Of a stretch of DNA of 18,218 nt, positions 7,431 through 15,554 are shown in pieces. A program made the translations under genes and the position numbers. Every line of letters starts with the position of its first letter. Position 1 is the stretch's first letter. Origin of the DNA: Pseudomonadota bacterium (lineage in GTDB: Bacteria > Bdellovibrionota > FAC87 > UBA2466); NCBI GenBank assembly GCA_043767805.1, contig JAYUGC010000012.1:1-18218 (forward strand). The letters are read 5' to 3'. The notes beneath the pieces were generated by a model. That model saw nothing but the letters and a program-made list of their open reading frames with translations. It was not told where the DNA came from and made no database searches.

Positions 7431-8292
7431 TTTGTTCCGAGTAGAGCGTCCAGTTGTCGATGAGCCGGGTGGTGCCGGCTCTCGCGGCTGCGAAAATTCT
7501 AGGTTGCGATAAAGCGGCGACGTACGTCTCGGGAAGGACGGGCTGGAGATCGCTTTCGGAAGCGACGTCCACGTACTCGGGCTCGATTCCAGCGGCCGTC
7601 AGGTCTTGGCGCACTTGAGCGAGTAAAGCTCCGGCGGTCACCGAGCCGTCTTCAATCGCCCGGGAGCGGGCGCGAGCGAGTGCCTGGGGAAAGCTCGCCG
7701 CCGCGACGCGTTGCTCTTTCGAGAGATAGCGATTTCTCGACGATAAAGCGAGTCCGTCCTCTTCGCGCACCGTGGGGTGCGGCAAGATGGTGAGCGGCAT
7801 GTTGAAGTCCGCCGTCATTTGCTGAATGACTCTGAGCTGCTGAAAATCTTTTTCCCCGAAGACGGCAAAATCCGCCTGGGTGATGTTGAAGAGCTTCATG
7901 CACACCGTGGCCACGCCCTCGAAATGGCCGGGGCGGCTCTTGCCGCAAAGGTGATCGGTCAACAGGGACGGAATCACGCGGGTGCGAAAGGACGGCGGGT
8001 ACAAGTCCACGGGCTCCGGCGAAAAGAGCATGTCCACGTCGAGCTCCTGGAGCTTCGCTTCGTCTTGCTCGAAAGGGCGCGGGTATTTCGAAAGATCTTC
8101 CTTGGGCCCGAACTGCAGGGGATTTACGAAAATGCTGACGATGACGCGAGTGCCGTAGTGCTTCGCCCGGCGGATGAGCTGCAGATGCCCTTCATGGAGC
8201 GCGCCCATGGTGGGCACGAACGCGACTTTGCCTTCGCGCTTCCACCGAAGTACGGTCTCTTGAACGACTTGAGGTGAATTGAGCGTGAGCAT
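7414..8292 (-). CDS. panC: Pantoate--beta-alanine ligase
   Basis: FVPTMGALHEGHL, SIFVNPLQF, SRPGHFEGV, FGEKDFQQ, REEDGLALSSRN, RLIDN. Confidence 0.98.
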   Translation of the reverse strand: MLTLNSPQVVQETVLRWKREGKVAFVPTMGALHEGHLQLIRRAKHYGTRVIVSIFVNPLQFGPKEDLSKYPRPFEQDEAKLQELDVDMLFSPEPVDLYPPSFRTRVIPSLLTDHLCGKSRPGHFEGVATVCMKLFNITQADFAVFGEKDFQQLRVIQQMTADFNMPLTILPHPTVREEDGLALSSRNRYLSKEQRVAAASFPQALARARSRAIEDGSVTAGALLAQVRQDLTAAGIEPEYVDVASESDLQPVLPETYVAALSQPRIFAAARAGTTRLIDNWTLYSEQNETPS

Positions 8293-9122
8293 TAGTGAAA
8301 TGAGTGCGCTTCGGACGGAAACACACCCTCCCGCACTTCATCCGCGTAGGTGGCGAGCGCCGCTTTCACGGTGGCTTCCATTTCCGCGTAGTGTTTTACG
8401 AACTTCGGCTGAAACGAAAGATCGAGGCCGAGTAAATCCTGGAGGACCAGCACCTGGCCGTCGCAATTTTTGCCGGCGCCGATGCCGATGGTCGGAATGG
8501 TAATTCGCGAGGTGATTTCATGGGCGAGCTCCACCGGGACGCCTTCGACGACGATACCCCACGCGCCCGCGGCTTCCAAAGCCAAAGCGTCGGCGAGAAT
8601 GGAGTCGCGGCTCGTCTGCGTTCTACCCTGCACGCGATGCCCGCCCATGGCATGCACGCTCTGAGGCGTGAGACCGATGTGGCCCAAAACGGGAATGCCT
8701 AACTCCACCAGGCGCTCGACCGTTTTCGCAATAGTGACGCCGCCCTCGACCTTCACCGACTCCGCGCCGGCTTCGGCGAGCAAGCGTCCCGCGTTCTTGA
8801 CCGCGTCCTTCAGGCTCGTTTGATAGCTGAGGAAAGGCATGTCAACGCAAAGGTGCGAGCGGGTGAGCCCGCGGGAGACCGCGCGGCCGTGATAGACCAT
8901 GTCGTCCATCGTGACCGAAAGCGTGTTCTCGTGGCCCTGAACGACCATGCCGAGGGAATCTCCGACCAAAACCAAGTCCGCGATGCCGTCGACCAGGCGG
9001 GCGAAGGTGTAATCATAGGCGGTGACGCAAACGATCTTCTTGCCACTCTTAGAGGCGTCCGCGAGCTTCCAGTTTCTCAGCTCCGGTATCGTGATTTTCT
9101 TGGTTTCCTTCGCCTGGGACAT
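8292..9122 (-). CDS. panB: 3-methyl-2-oxobutanoate hydroxymethyltransferase
   Basis: TAYD, LVGDSLGM, DMPF, VKVEGG, GHIGLTPQ, TIGIGAG..CDGQVLV, PKFVK. Confidence 0.98.
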   Translation of the reverse strand: MSQAKETKKITIPELRNWKLADASKSGKKIVCVTAYDYTFARLVDGIADLVLVGDSLGMVVQGHENTLSVTMDDMVYHGRAVSRGLTRSHLCVDMPFLSYQTSLKDAVKNAGRLLAEAGAESVKVEGGVTIAKTVERLVELGIPVLGHIGLTPQSVHAMGGHRVQGRTQTSRDSILADALALEAAGAWGIVVEGVPVELAHEITSRITIPTIGIGAGKNCDGQVLVLQDLLGLDLSFQPKFVKHYAEMEATVKAALATYADEVREGVFPSEAHSFH

Positions 9123-9155
9123 AAGCGCCTCACTATAGTCAGGTTTCCGAGGGGA

Positions 9156-10460
9156 CTACAAGTCGGCCCCGAGGGAGATGCCGAACGTGTAGGCATGTCC
9201 TTGAACCGTGTAACCAGGCGAGCCGACCTCGGCTCCCGCGGTCTTGGTGACGGTTCGGTTCTTCATCCAGTGGTATTGGGCGTAGAGACCCCAAGTCAGA
9301 TCGAAAGGAAGCCATTCCACTTCACCGATATTGTGGCGGAACGAGGTTCCCACCACGTGCACGTCGGTATCCAGCGGATTGGCCGGGCCCGAGACGTCTT
9401 TTACCGGAGACGGTCGGAACTGGTAGCCGGCGGCAAAGATCAGGCGATCGCTGATGAGGGGCACCTCGATGGACGCGCGCGGAGAGATCGTGTCTTTGAG
9501 CCCGATGGTGGGCGCCGCCGTCCGGTGGACCGTGCCGCCCGCATCGGGCACTTCCGCCATGAGAAAAGCCGGCTGCCATTTCGTCCATTGCTGCAAAGTA
9601 ACGCCGACGGAAACCTTCGCGAAGACGAAGCGGTGCTGGAGGTCGCCTTCCAGAAGCCGTGGCTCGTAATAGAGGGACGTTTTGATGAGCACAGGCTGCT
9701 TCAAGATCGTGTCGCCACCGAGCGGAACGGTGCCGGTGAAAGACTGCTGAAAGACGGGATCGACGGCTTCGCGAAAGACGAGGCTCGCCCCCGTCAGGCC
9801 TTCCTCGAAATAGAGTCCCATGAGCGGCGTCGCGCGCAGGCCCACGTCGAGCGCCATTCTTCCGGTGGGATTATCGCCGGTAACCGCTAGCTCCGCGTTG
9901 CCTCCGGTGACGATGTAGAGGGAAAGGCCGGCCCCGAAGGAAAGCGTATTGGGAAGAATCTCGACGGCGCCGCTGAGCGTGGCCTTGAACTGGGCATCGG
10001 ACGTGCCGTAACGGAGCGGGAAAAAATCCTGGGGCGTGGACGCGCTGTAGGTCCTGAGCTTCTCGAAGGGCCCCGAGAGCGTGAAGCCAAAGCCTCCGCG
10101 GCGGTCCATCCACTGGGGCATGTCGAAAGCCGTGCCGTAGCCGACCGACCAAAGGGTCAGGCGCGAATCGGGGAGTCGGAAATCGCCGGGCTCTCCCGCG
10201 CGGCCTTCTTTGGACGCGAGCCGTACGCCGCGGATGGGGGCGAAGCTTGCCACCGCGGAGGCCGTCGAAAAGGCGAAAACCGAGTTGTTCTGGGCGGTGA
10301 GTAAGGCCGGATTGTAGAGTGCCGCGTACGGATTTCCGGGTTCCGCGGTGACCGATCCCACGCGTCCCGCCGAACGGTCCCCAAGGCCATAGGCTTGATC
10401 TTGGGAAGCCAAGACGCCACGGGCCGCGAGTGAAATTAAGATGATAAGTATTTTCAGCAA
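9156..10460 (-). CDS. OmpP1/FadL-family outer-membrane beta-barrel (long-chain fatty acid/hydrophobic compound transporter-like)
   Basis: Signal peptide, hatch-like YGLGDRSAGRVGS...ALYNPALL (NPA motif), amphipathic beta-strands, AAGYQFRPSPV, LDTD, terminal strand TFGISLGADL. The TTG start is uncertain. Confidence 0.75.
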   Translation of the reverse strand: MLKILIILISLAARGVLASQDQAYGLGDRSAGRVGSVTAEPGNPYAALYNPALLTAQNNSVFAFSTASAVASFAPIRGVRLASKEGRAGEPGDFRLPDSRLTLWSVGYGTAFDMPQWMDRRGGFGFTLSGPFEKLRTYSASTPQDFFPLRYGTSDAQFKATLSGAVEILPNTLSFGAGLSLYIVTGGNAELAVTGDNPTGRMALDVGLRATPLMGLYFEEGLTGASLVFREAVDPVFQQSFTGTVPLGGDTILKQPVLIKTSLYYEPRLLEGDLQHRFVFAKVSVGVTLQQWTKWQPAFLMAEVPDAGGTVHRTAAPTIGLKDTISPRASIEVPLISDRLIFAAGYQFRPSPVKDVSGPANPLDTDVHVVGTSFRHNIGEVEWLPFDLTWGLYAQYHWMKNRTVTKTAGAEVGSPGYTVQGHAYTFGISLGADL

Positions 10461-10509
10461 GTTAGATGGTTCTCACCGGTTCGGGATAGAGGCGTTTTAT
10501 CACGTTGCG

Positions 10510-11319
10510 TCAGACCGAATCAAGGAGCTGCCCCAGGCGCAGGTATTGCTCGCGGGAGAGCTCTTCGGGACGGGCTAGAGGGGGGTGACCGAGGTCGACA
10601 ATCATCTTCTCGATGTCGTGACCCGGGAAGAGGGCCTTTAAGTTGCTAGAAAGCTTCTTTCGCCGGTGAGCGAAGGCGGCGCGGATGAGCTTTTCGAAAG
10701 CGGGGAAGTTCTTAGGGGCTTCGGGGCGCGGGATGAGAAGCAGCGCCTGGGAATCGACATCCGGCACGGGATAAAAAGCGCCGGGCGGAAGGATACCCAC
10801 CGATTCCACCGAGAAAAACGTCTGCACCATCACGGTGAGGCCCGCGTAGTGAGACGTGCGCGGTTTCGCGGAAAGCCGTTCGGCGAACTCACGCTGAAAG
10901 GTCATCACGAACTGGGTAAAGAAATGCCGGTACGGGATGAATCCGAACAGGAGCGGCGAGGACAGGTGATAGGGCACGTTCGACAGCAGGCTCACCTTCA
11001 TGCCGGCCGTGAGCTTTGCCGCGAGATCCACGTCGAGAAAATCGCCTTCGGTGAGATCGAGCTGCGGAAAGGTCACGCGCAGATAAGCCGAAAGCGCGCG
11101 GTCGTACTCGAACGCCCGGACGGGCAACTTGCTTTGCTGGAGCAAAACGGAAGTCAGCGCACCGAGGCCGGGGCCAATCTCCCAGACTTCGGTGGAGTCC
11201 TTCCCCTCGAGTGCTTTGGCGACGAGCTTCTCCGCCCAATGGGGCGAGGTCAGAAAATTCTGACTCAGACTTTTACGGGCACGAATGCCCAAAGACTCTA
11301 ATGTGGCTTTGGGGTGCAT
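10510..11319 (-). CDS. rsmA: 16S rRNA (adenine-N6,N6)-dimethyltransferase
   Basis: KSLSQNFL, EIGPGLGALT, SNVPY (NLPY-like), QREFAERL, AFYPVPDVDS, AFAHRRKKL, RPEELS. Confidence 0.96.
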   Translation of the reverse strand: MHPKATLESLGIRARKSLSQNFLTSPHWAEKLVAKALEGKDSTEVWEIGPGLGALTSVLLQQSKLPVRAFEYDRALSAYLRVTFPQLDLTEGDFLDVDLAAKLTAGMKVSLLSNVPYHLSSPLLFGFIPYRHFFTQFVMTFQREFAERLSAKPRTSHYAGLTVMVQTFFSVESVGILPPGAFYPVPDVDSQALLLIPRPEAPKNFPAFEKLIRAAFAHRRKKLSSNLKALFPGHDIEKMIVDLGHPPLARPEELSREQYLRLGQLLDSV

Positions 11320-11320
11320 T

Positions 11321-12337
11321 TTAGTCCATGTGCGCTTGCGCGCTGACGTTCCAGGGCGCCGGCTGGAGCAAGCCTTCCTGGGAGTGAAGCGCGCCGAGCA
11401 CGGCCACCATGGCCGCGTTGTCGGTGCAATGGCGGGGCGCGGGGAAGTAAGCTTCCGGAAGCTTCGCCCTCAGACGGGAGTTGCAGGCGACGCCGCCGGT
11501 GACGACCGCGTTTCGGCAATCGTACTGCTTCATCGCGAGGCGGACTTTATCGACGAGCGGATCGAGAATGGCTTCCTGAGCACTCGCGCAGACGGCGAGC
11601 TTTCTTTCGTCGTCGAGCTCGCCCACGCTTTGGAGATGGAGCGCTACCGCCGTCTTGAGACCTGAGTAAGAAAATTGCAGGCCTTCCACTTTCGCTCTCG
11701 GGAAAGCGTGGCGTTTGCGGTGTTCGTCGGTCGCTTTTTCGCGCACCCAGCGGTCGATGAGCGGGCCCGCCGGATAAGGCATCTTCAAGAGCTTGCCGAC
11801 TTTGTCGAACGCTTCTCCGGCCGCGTCGTCCAAGGTGCCGCCGAGCCATTTCCAATCCTGCGCGCCTTTCACGTGAAAGAGCTCGGTGTGGCCGCCGCTG
11901 ACCACGAGGGCGATCCAGGGGAAGGGCGGCGGCGCTTTTTGCGTCTCGTCCCGGGCAGTGATGAGCGGCGAAAAGAGATGGGCCTCGATGTGATTCAAGA
12001 CCGAGAAAGGCTTGCCGAGCGCGAAGGCCAGAGCTTTGACGTAGGCCACGCCCACTAAAAGCGCCCCGATGAGACCCGGGCGGTTCGTTACCACGAACCA
12101 GTCGATGTCTTTTAGGGCGACGCCCGCCTTTTCGCAGGCTTCCTGGACCGCCAGCGGGAGCCCGCGGACGTGCTCGCGGCTCGCGATTTCAGGCACGACC
12201 CCGCCGTAGCGGGCCATGGCGTCCACATGGGAATGGACGGCGTCGCTCATCAGACGCCACTCGGCCACGTCGAAGACGGCCGCGCAGGACTCGTCGCAAG
12301 AGGTATCTACCGCCAGTAATTTCACGTCCTGGCTCAT
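11321..12337 (-). CDS. tsaD: tRNA N6-threonylcarbamoyltransferase TsaD (Gcp/YgjD)
   Basis: DTSCDES, GGVVPEIASREH, PGLIGAL, NHIEAH, VSGGHT, DDAAGEAFDK, FSYSGLKT, GGVACN, TDNAAM. The ATG at 12337 is preferred over the TTG at 12361. Confidence 0.97.
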   Translation of the reverse strand: MSQDVKLLAVDTSCDESCAAVFDVAEWRLMSDAVHSHVDAMARYGGVVPEIASREHVRGLPLAVQEACEKAGVALKDIDWFVVTNRPGLIGALLVGVAYVKALAFALGKPFSVLNHIEAHLFSPLITARDETQKAPPPFPWIALVVSGGHTELFHVKGAQDWKWLGGTLDDAAGEAFDKVGKLLKMPYPAGPLIDRWVREKATDEHRKRHAFPRAKVEGLQFSYSGLKTAVALHLQSVGELDDERKLAVCASAQEAILDPLVDKVRLAMKQYDCRNAVVTGGVACNSRLRAKLPEAYFPAPRHCTDNAAMVAVLGALHSQEGLLQPAPWNVSAQAHMD

Positions 12338-12342
12338 ACCAT

Positions 12343-12412
12343 GTCTTAAAAGGTCCTCCAATCAGCCTTCAAACGAAGCTTGAACGCTGACCGGGCCACT
12401 ACCTTTTAAGAT
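12343..12412. repeat. Hairpin bounded by TCTTAAAAGGT ... ACCTTTTAAGA, the same arms as 131-161
   Basis: GTCTTAAAAGGT at 12343-12354 equals 131-142; TACCTTTTAAGAT at 12400-12412 equals 149-161. Internal stem TCAGC-c-TTCAA / TTGAA-c-GCTGA at 12362-12390. Confidence 0.8.
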
Positions 12413-12514
12413 TTGCCCTGTTTTCTGCCGGTATACCGCCCCCGAAAGAGAGTGTTTGGAGACACTTTTTGTCTACGGTTACCCTGGTTTCTGCTGTTGT
12501 TGTGAGGTCGACGT

Positions 12515-13507
12515 TTGTTGAAGCTGGGCGTGTTGTGGCTAATTTTGCTTTCCTTTTGGATCAGTGGGCAAGCACGCGCTGAGTTCGAGACGGCAGACTT
12601 TGAACGAACCTACCAGCATTTCCGCTCGGATCCCGACTACCAGAGCGATACCCCGGCTCACGATAATGTGCGGTTCATCTTCGTCTCCGGGCTCAAAGGG
12701 GAAGACGATCCTTCTTATTTTATAAACACCGCGAGCGAGCTGCGCCGGCTGACTCACACGAGCGGGGAAACGGAGCTCAAGAAGATGAAGGTCTTCATCG
12801 TCAAGCCCAGCTCTCAGTACGATATGCAAGAGGGGGAGCAGTTTCTCGATGAGCGAATCAAAAATATCGTCGCGGCCTCGCCCCCGGGCACACGCTTTCG
12901 GATCATTGGGCACAGCCTCGGCGGATTTCGGCTCTTTGATTATCTAAACAAGCATCCGGAATTTGCCGCGAAGGTGGAAGCGGCCGTCTACGTGCAGACG
13001 CCTTTTGGCGGTTCCCCACTTGCCCAGTTCATTTTGGACGGGCGAAAGATTACCGAAGTGATTCCGCTGAAGAGTAATCCCATTCAGGCGGTCGCCCTCT
13101 ACGGACTTTCGAAATTTTTCAGCTGGTACAAGCCGAGCCTCCGGATTCTTTCTCCTCTCTCGGCGAGTCGCCACATCGAAGCCATCATGCAGGCAACTCC
13201 CGTCGCCGATCAGCTGGCGTTGACCGATAAGAGCCTCATGTTCACGACCCACAAGGCGCCTTACGGCGGACTGAGAATCGCACTGCCCGGCTCGGCGACC
13301 ATCTTGAATATCTGTGGCAAGGCCCTCGCCAAACTAAAACCGGGTCCCAATGACGGGCTGGTGCACGTCGCGGATCAGCGTCCGCCCGGCTTCGCGGAGC
13401 GGTCGGTGGAATTCTCGGGCCTCAATCACCGGGCGCTCTCTGGCTTTAGCGCCGAAGGCGTTCCTTTCGCGCGCGCGCTCTACTCATTGCCCGTCTCGGG
13501 TCAGTGA
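12515..13507 (+). CDS. Secreted alpha/beta-hydrolase (lipase/esterase, PGAP1/LCAT-like)
   Basis: Signal peptide ending ARA|E, GHSLGG, QTPFGGSPLA, NDGLV and LNH, giving a complete Ser-Asp-His triad. Confidence 0.82.
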   Translation: MLKLGVLWLILLSFWISGQARAEFETADFERTYQHFRSDPDYQSDTPAHDNVRFIFVSGLKGEDDPSYFINTASELRRLTHTSGETELKKMKVFIVKPSSQYDMQEGEQFLDERIKNIVAASPPGTRFRIIGHSLGGFRLFDYLNKHPEFAAKVEAAVYVQTPFGGSPLAQFILDGRKITEVIPLKSNPIQAVALYGLSKFFSWYKPSLRILSPLSASRHIEAIMQATPVADQLALTDKSLMFTTHKAPYGGLRIALPGSATILNICGKALAKLKPGPNDGLVHVADQRPPGFAERSVEFSGLNHRALSGFSAEGVPFARALYSLPVSGQ

Positions 13508-15393
13508 TAAATATTTACGATGTTCTCGTCGCCGGTGGGCGGATTAGAGATGGGGCCCTTGGCGCCGGTCTCGTTTAGCTTGATGCGCATGGTGCGCACC
13601 AGGGCGTCAAAGCCGATGAACTTCACCGAGTAACCGATGCGGCCCGGGCGGCCAGGAGGGGACCAAGCGCTGTGGAGCTGACGGCGAGTCGCCCAGCCGA
13701 ACTCGCTCAGGGCGTCTTCGCTTAAACCAAGCTTGTTCCCGGTCGACGCCAGAAGCGTCGAGTGAGACATCGGGCCTTCCGCGGCGTAACGTCCGTAGGA
13801 AGCGTTACCTTGCACGTTACGCGCGAACTGCCCGATCCAGCCGTCGCCTGAAGTGGCGGGGCCGACGCCTTCGGGTAGATAGGGCCGGGTCGGTGGCGGA
13901 TTCCTCTGGATGATCTGGTTATCGGGCCCGCCGGCCTCGAGATAATCCGGATAAAGCGCTTGCGCGTACTGCGGTTCCTCGTAGTTGTCTTCCGCATTCG
14001 GATCCGGATGAATGGTGAAGAAGGCCGCGTCGAATATCGTCGGTGCGCGCACCGCTTGTAAGGCGAGAGCCAACCTGTCTCCCTTATCAGGATCGGGCCA
14101 CCCTTGATTCTGATCGCCTTGCGGGCGTCCCGCGCCGTTGAAAGGATGCAGGCCGTCCAGAAAGGCCATGACCTTCGTGTTACGGATACCCAGGGTATCG
14201 CCGGGGCGGAAAGAAAAGTTGATGGACTCGTTCGCATTGCCGGGCCGATTGGGCACGGGAACAAGGTTGTCCGCCGTCGATTCAGGACCGACGCGGCTGC
14301 CGAAAGGTTTTGCCGCGGCGAAGGCTTCAAAGCGGGGGAAGACGGCTTCTTGCCACGCTTGCGGCATGAACATCATCGTCGGTTTCGCCGAGAGCTTCAC
14401 CGCGAAGTAGGTGATGATGGGCTGATCCTTCGTCACTCCGACGGTCATATCGTTGAAAGGGGTCGTTCGCGGACGGCCGACGCAACCATCGCCGACCACG
14501 TTGAAGTCGAAGAAGAAAAGAGACGCGCGCATCTTGTGCTCGATGAGAGAAAGATATTGTCCGCCTGACGGCTCGAGGATTTCCATCTGAAACTGTTCGC
14601 GATTGGCGAGAGTCAGGTTGCGTTTGGCGGACTCCAAGGCGGCGCCGACCAGCGGGTTGTCGTTTCCCTCCGCGTTGCCGCTTCCGATACCGTTGATAAA
14701 GCTTTGCATGGCGCGAATTTGCGTCATGTGCGCGGCGGATCGCTGCGCGTACACCGATTTCAAATGGTCGGCGAGAGTGCGGTTGTCTTCCGCGGCGGCC
14801 TTACACTCTTGGTTCGCGGCGTCCGCGATACGGCGGATCTGGGTGGCGATGGCGACCGCGAACGGATCGAACGCTGCGATGACGGGCGGGACCACGATCG
14901 GAGGGAGACCACCACTAGAAGGAGACGCGTTTCTACAAAGGTTGGTGTCGTCGGCGTATCTCAGCCCCGAGATCGCGCGGTAACCGTGAGCCTGCTGACA
15001 GATAAAGGGCTCCACGTTTGCGAGCCCTCCGCCTCCATTGATGAATTCCGAGCCGCGCGGAAAGCCGCGGTTGTGGCGAAGGTGGGTGACGTTCACCCGC
15101 ATCGCGAGCTCTTTCAGATCCTGGCGCATCTTGTAATTGATTTGGCCCACGCGGTTTAGGATCTGAGCTTGGTACGCGGCGCCGGAATAAGCGGCGGCGT
15201 CGGCGGCGTTCTGAAGATTGATCTTCGCGTTCACGAGGTGACCGAAGTCGACCACGAACGCGAAAAGCACGAACATAAAGGTGAAGACCAGTGCGAAGAG
15301 CACCGCCACCTGGCCGCGTTCGTTAGAACGGGCAGGGGGACCCTTATGAACATTTCCCCCAGAATCCATACAGTTGATTATACGCCGTGTCAT
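13501..15393 (-). CDS. Tad/Flp pilus TadG-like pseudopilin (N-terminal Tad domain) with long uncharacterised C-terminal region
   Basis: NERGQVAVLFALVF..VVDFGHLVNAKINLQNAADAAAYSGA is the TadG N-terminal signature. Start uncertain (15393 or 15369). Confidence 0.8.
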   Translation of the reverse strand: MTRRIINCMDSGGNVHKGPPARSNERGQVAVLFALVFTFMFVLFAFVVDFGHLVNAKINLQNAADAAAYSGAAYQAQILNRVGQINYKMRQDLKELAMRVNVTHLRHNRGFPRGSEFINGGGGLANVEPFICQQAHGYRAISGLRYADDTNLCRNASPSSGGLPPIVVPPVIAAFDPFAVAIATQIRRIADAANQECKAAAEDNRTLADHLKSVYAQRSAAHMTQIRAMQSFINGIGSGNAEGNDNPLVGAALESAKRNLTLANREQFQMEILEPSGGQYLSLIEHKMRASLFFFDFNVVGDGCVGRPRTTPFNDMTVGVTKDQPIITYFAVKLSAKPTMMFMPQAWQEAVFPRFEAFAAAKPFGSRVGPESTADNLVPVPNRPGNANESINFSFRPGDTLGIRNTKVMAFLDGLHPFNGAGRPQGDQNQGWPDPDKGDRLALALQAVRAPTIFDAAFFTIHPDPNAEDNYEEPQYAQALYPDYLEAGGPDNQIIQRNPPPTRPYLPEGVGPATSGDGWIGQFARNVQGNASYGRYAAEGPMSHSTLLASTGNKLGLSEDALSEFGWATRRQLHSAWSPPGRPGRIGYSVKFIGFDALVRTMRIKLNETGAKGPISNPPTGDENIVNIYH

Positions 15394-15554
15394 CAGGACG
15401 TGAAATCCCCTCTCTCAGCCTCCTGAATCGGTACCTTTCGGCAATAAATTAAGGGGCTTAGAAAACTCTCTGGGGATTCCGGGGTTTATAGGCGTCCTCT
15501 CATAACGCTAACCCTTTGGCCGCTTTCCTCCGATAGAGCAGCTAAGGAGTCACC

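Noticed and set aside
4588..11301. Long + strand ORFs (4588-5397, 8820-9890, 10666-11301, etc.)
   Set aside because: They lie antisense to confidently identified genes and have no recognisable domains.
12405..12425. c-di-GMP-I riboswitch (ACAGGGCAAA on minus strand)
   Set aside because: No GAAA-capped stem or GACGCAAA follows.
15395..15498. 6S-like rod RNA (AGGACG/CGTCCT, AATCCCC/GGGGATT)
   Set aside because: It has only short interrupted helices and, at about 105 nt, is too short; compatible with chance.
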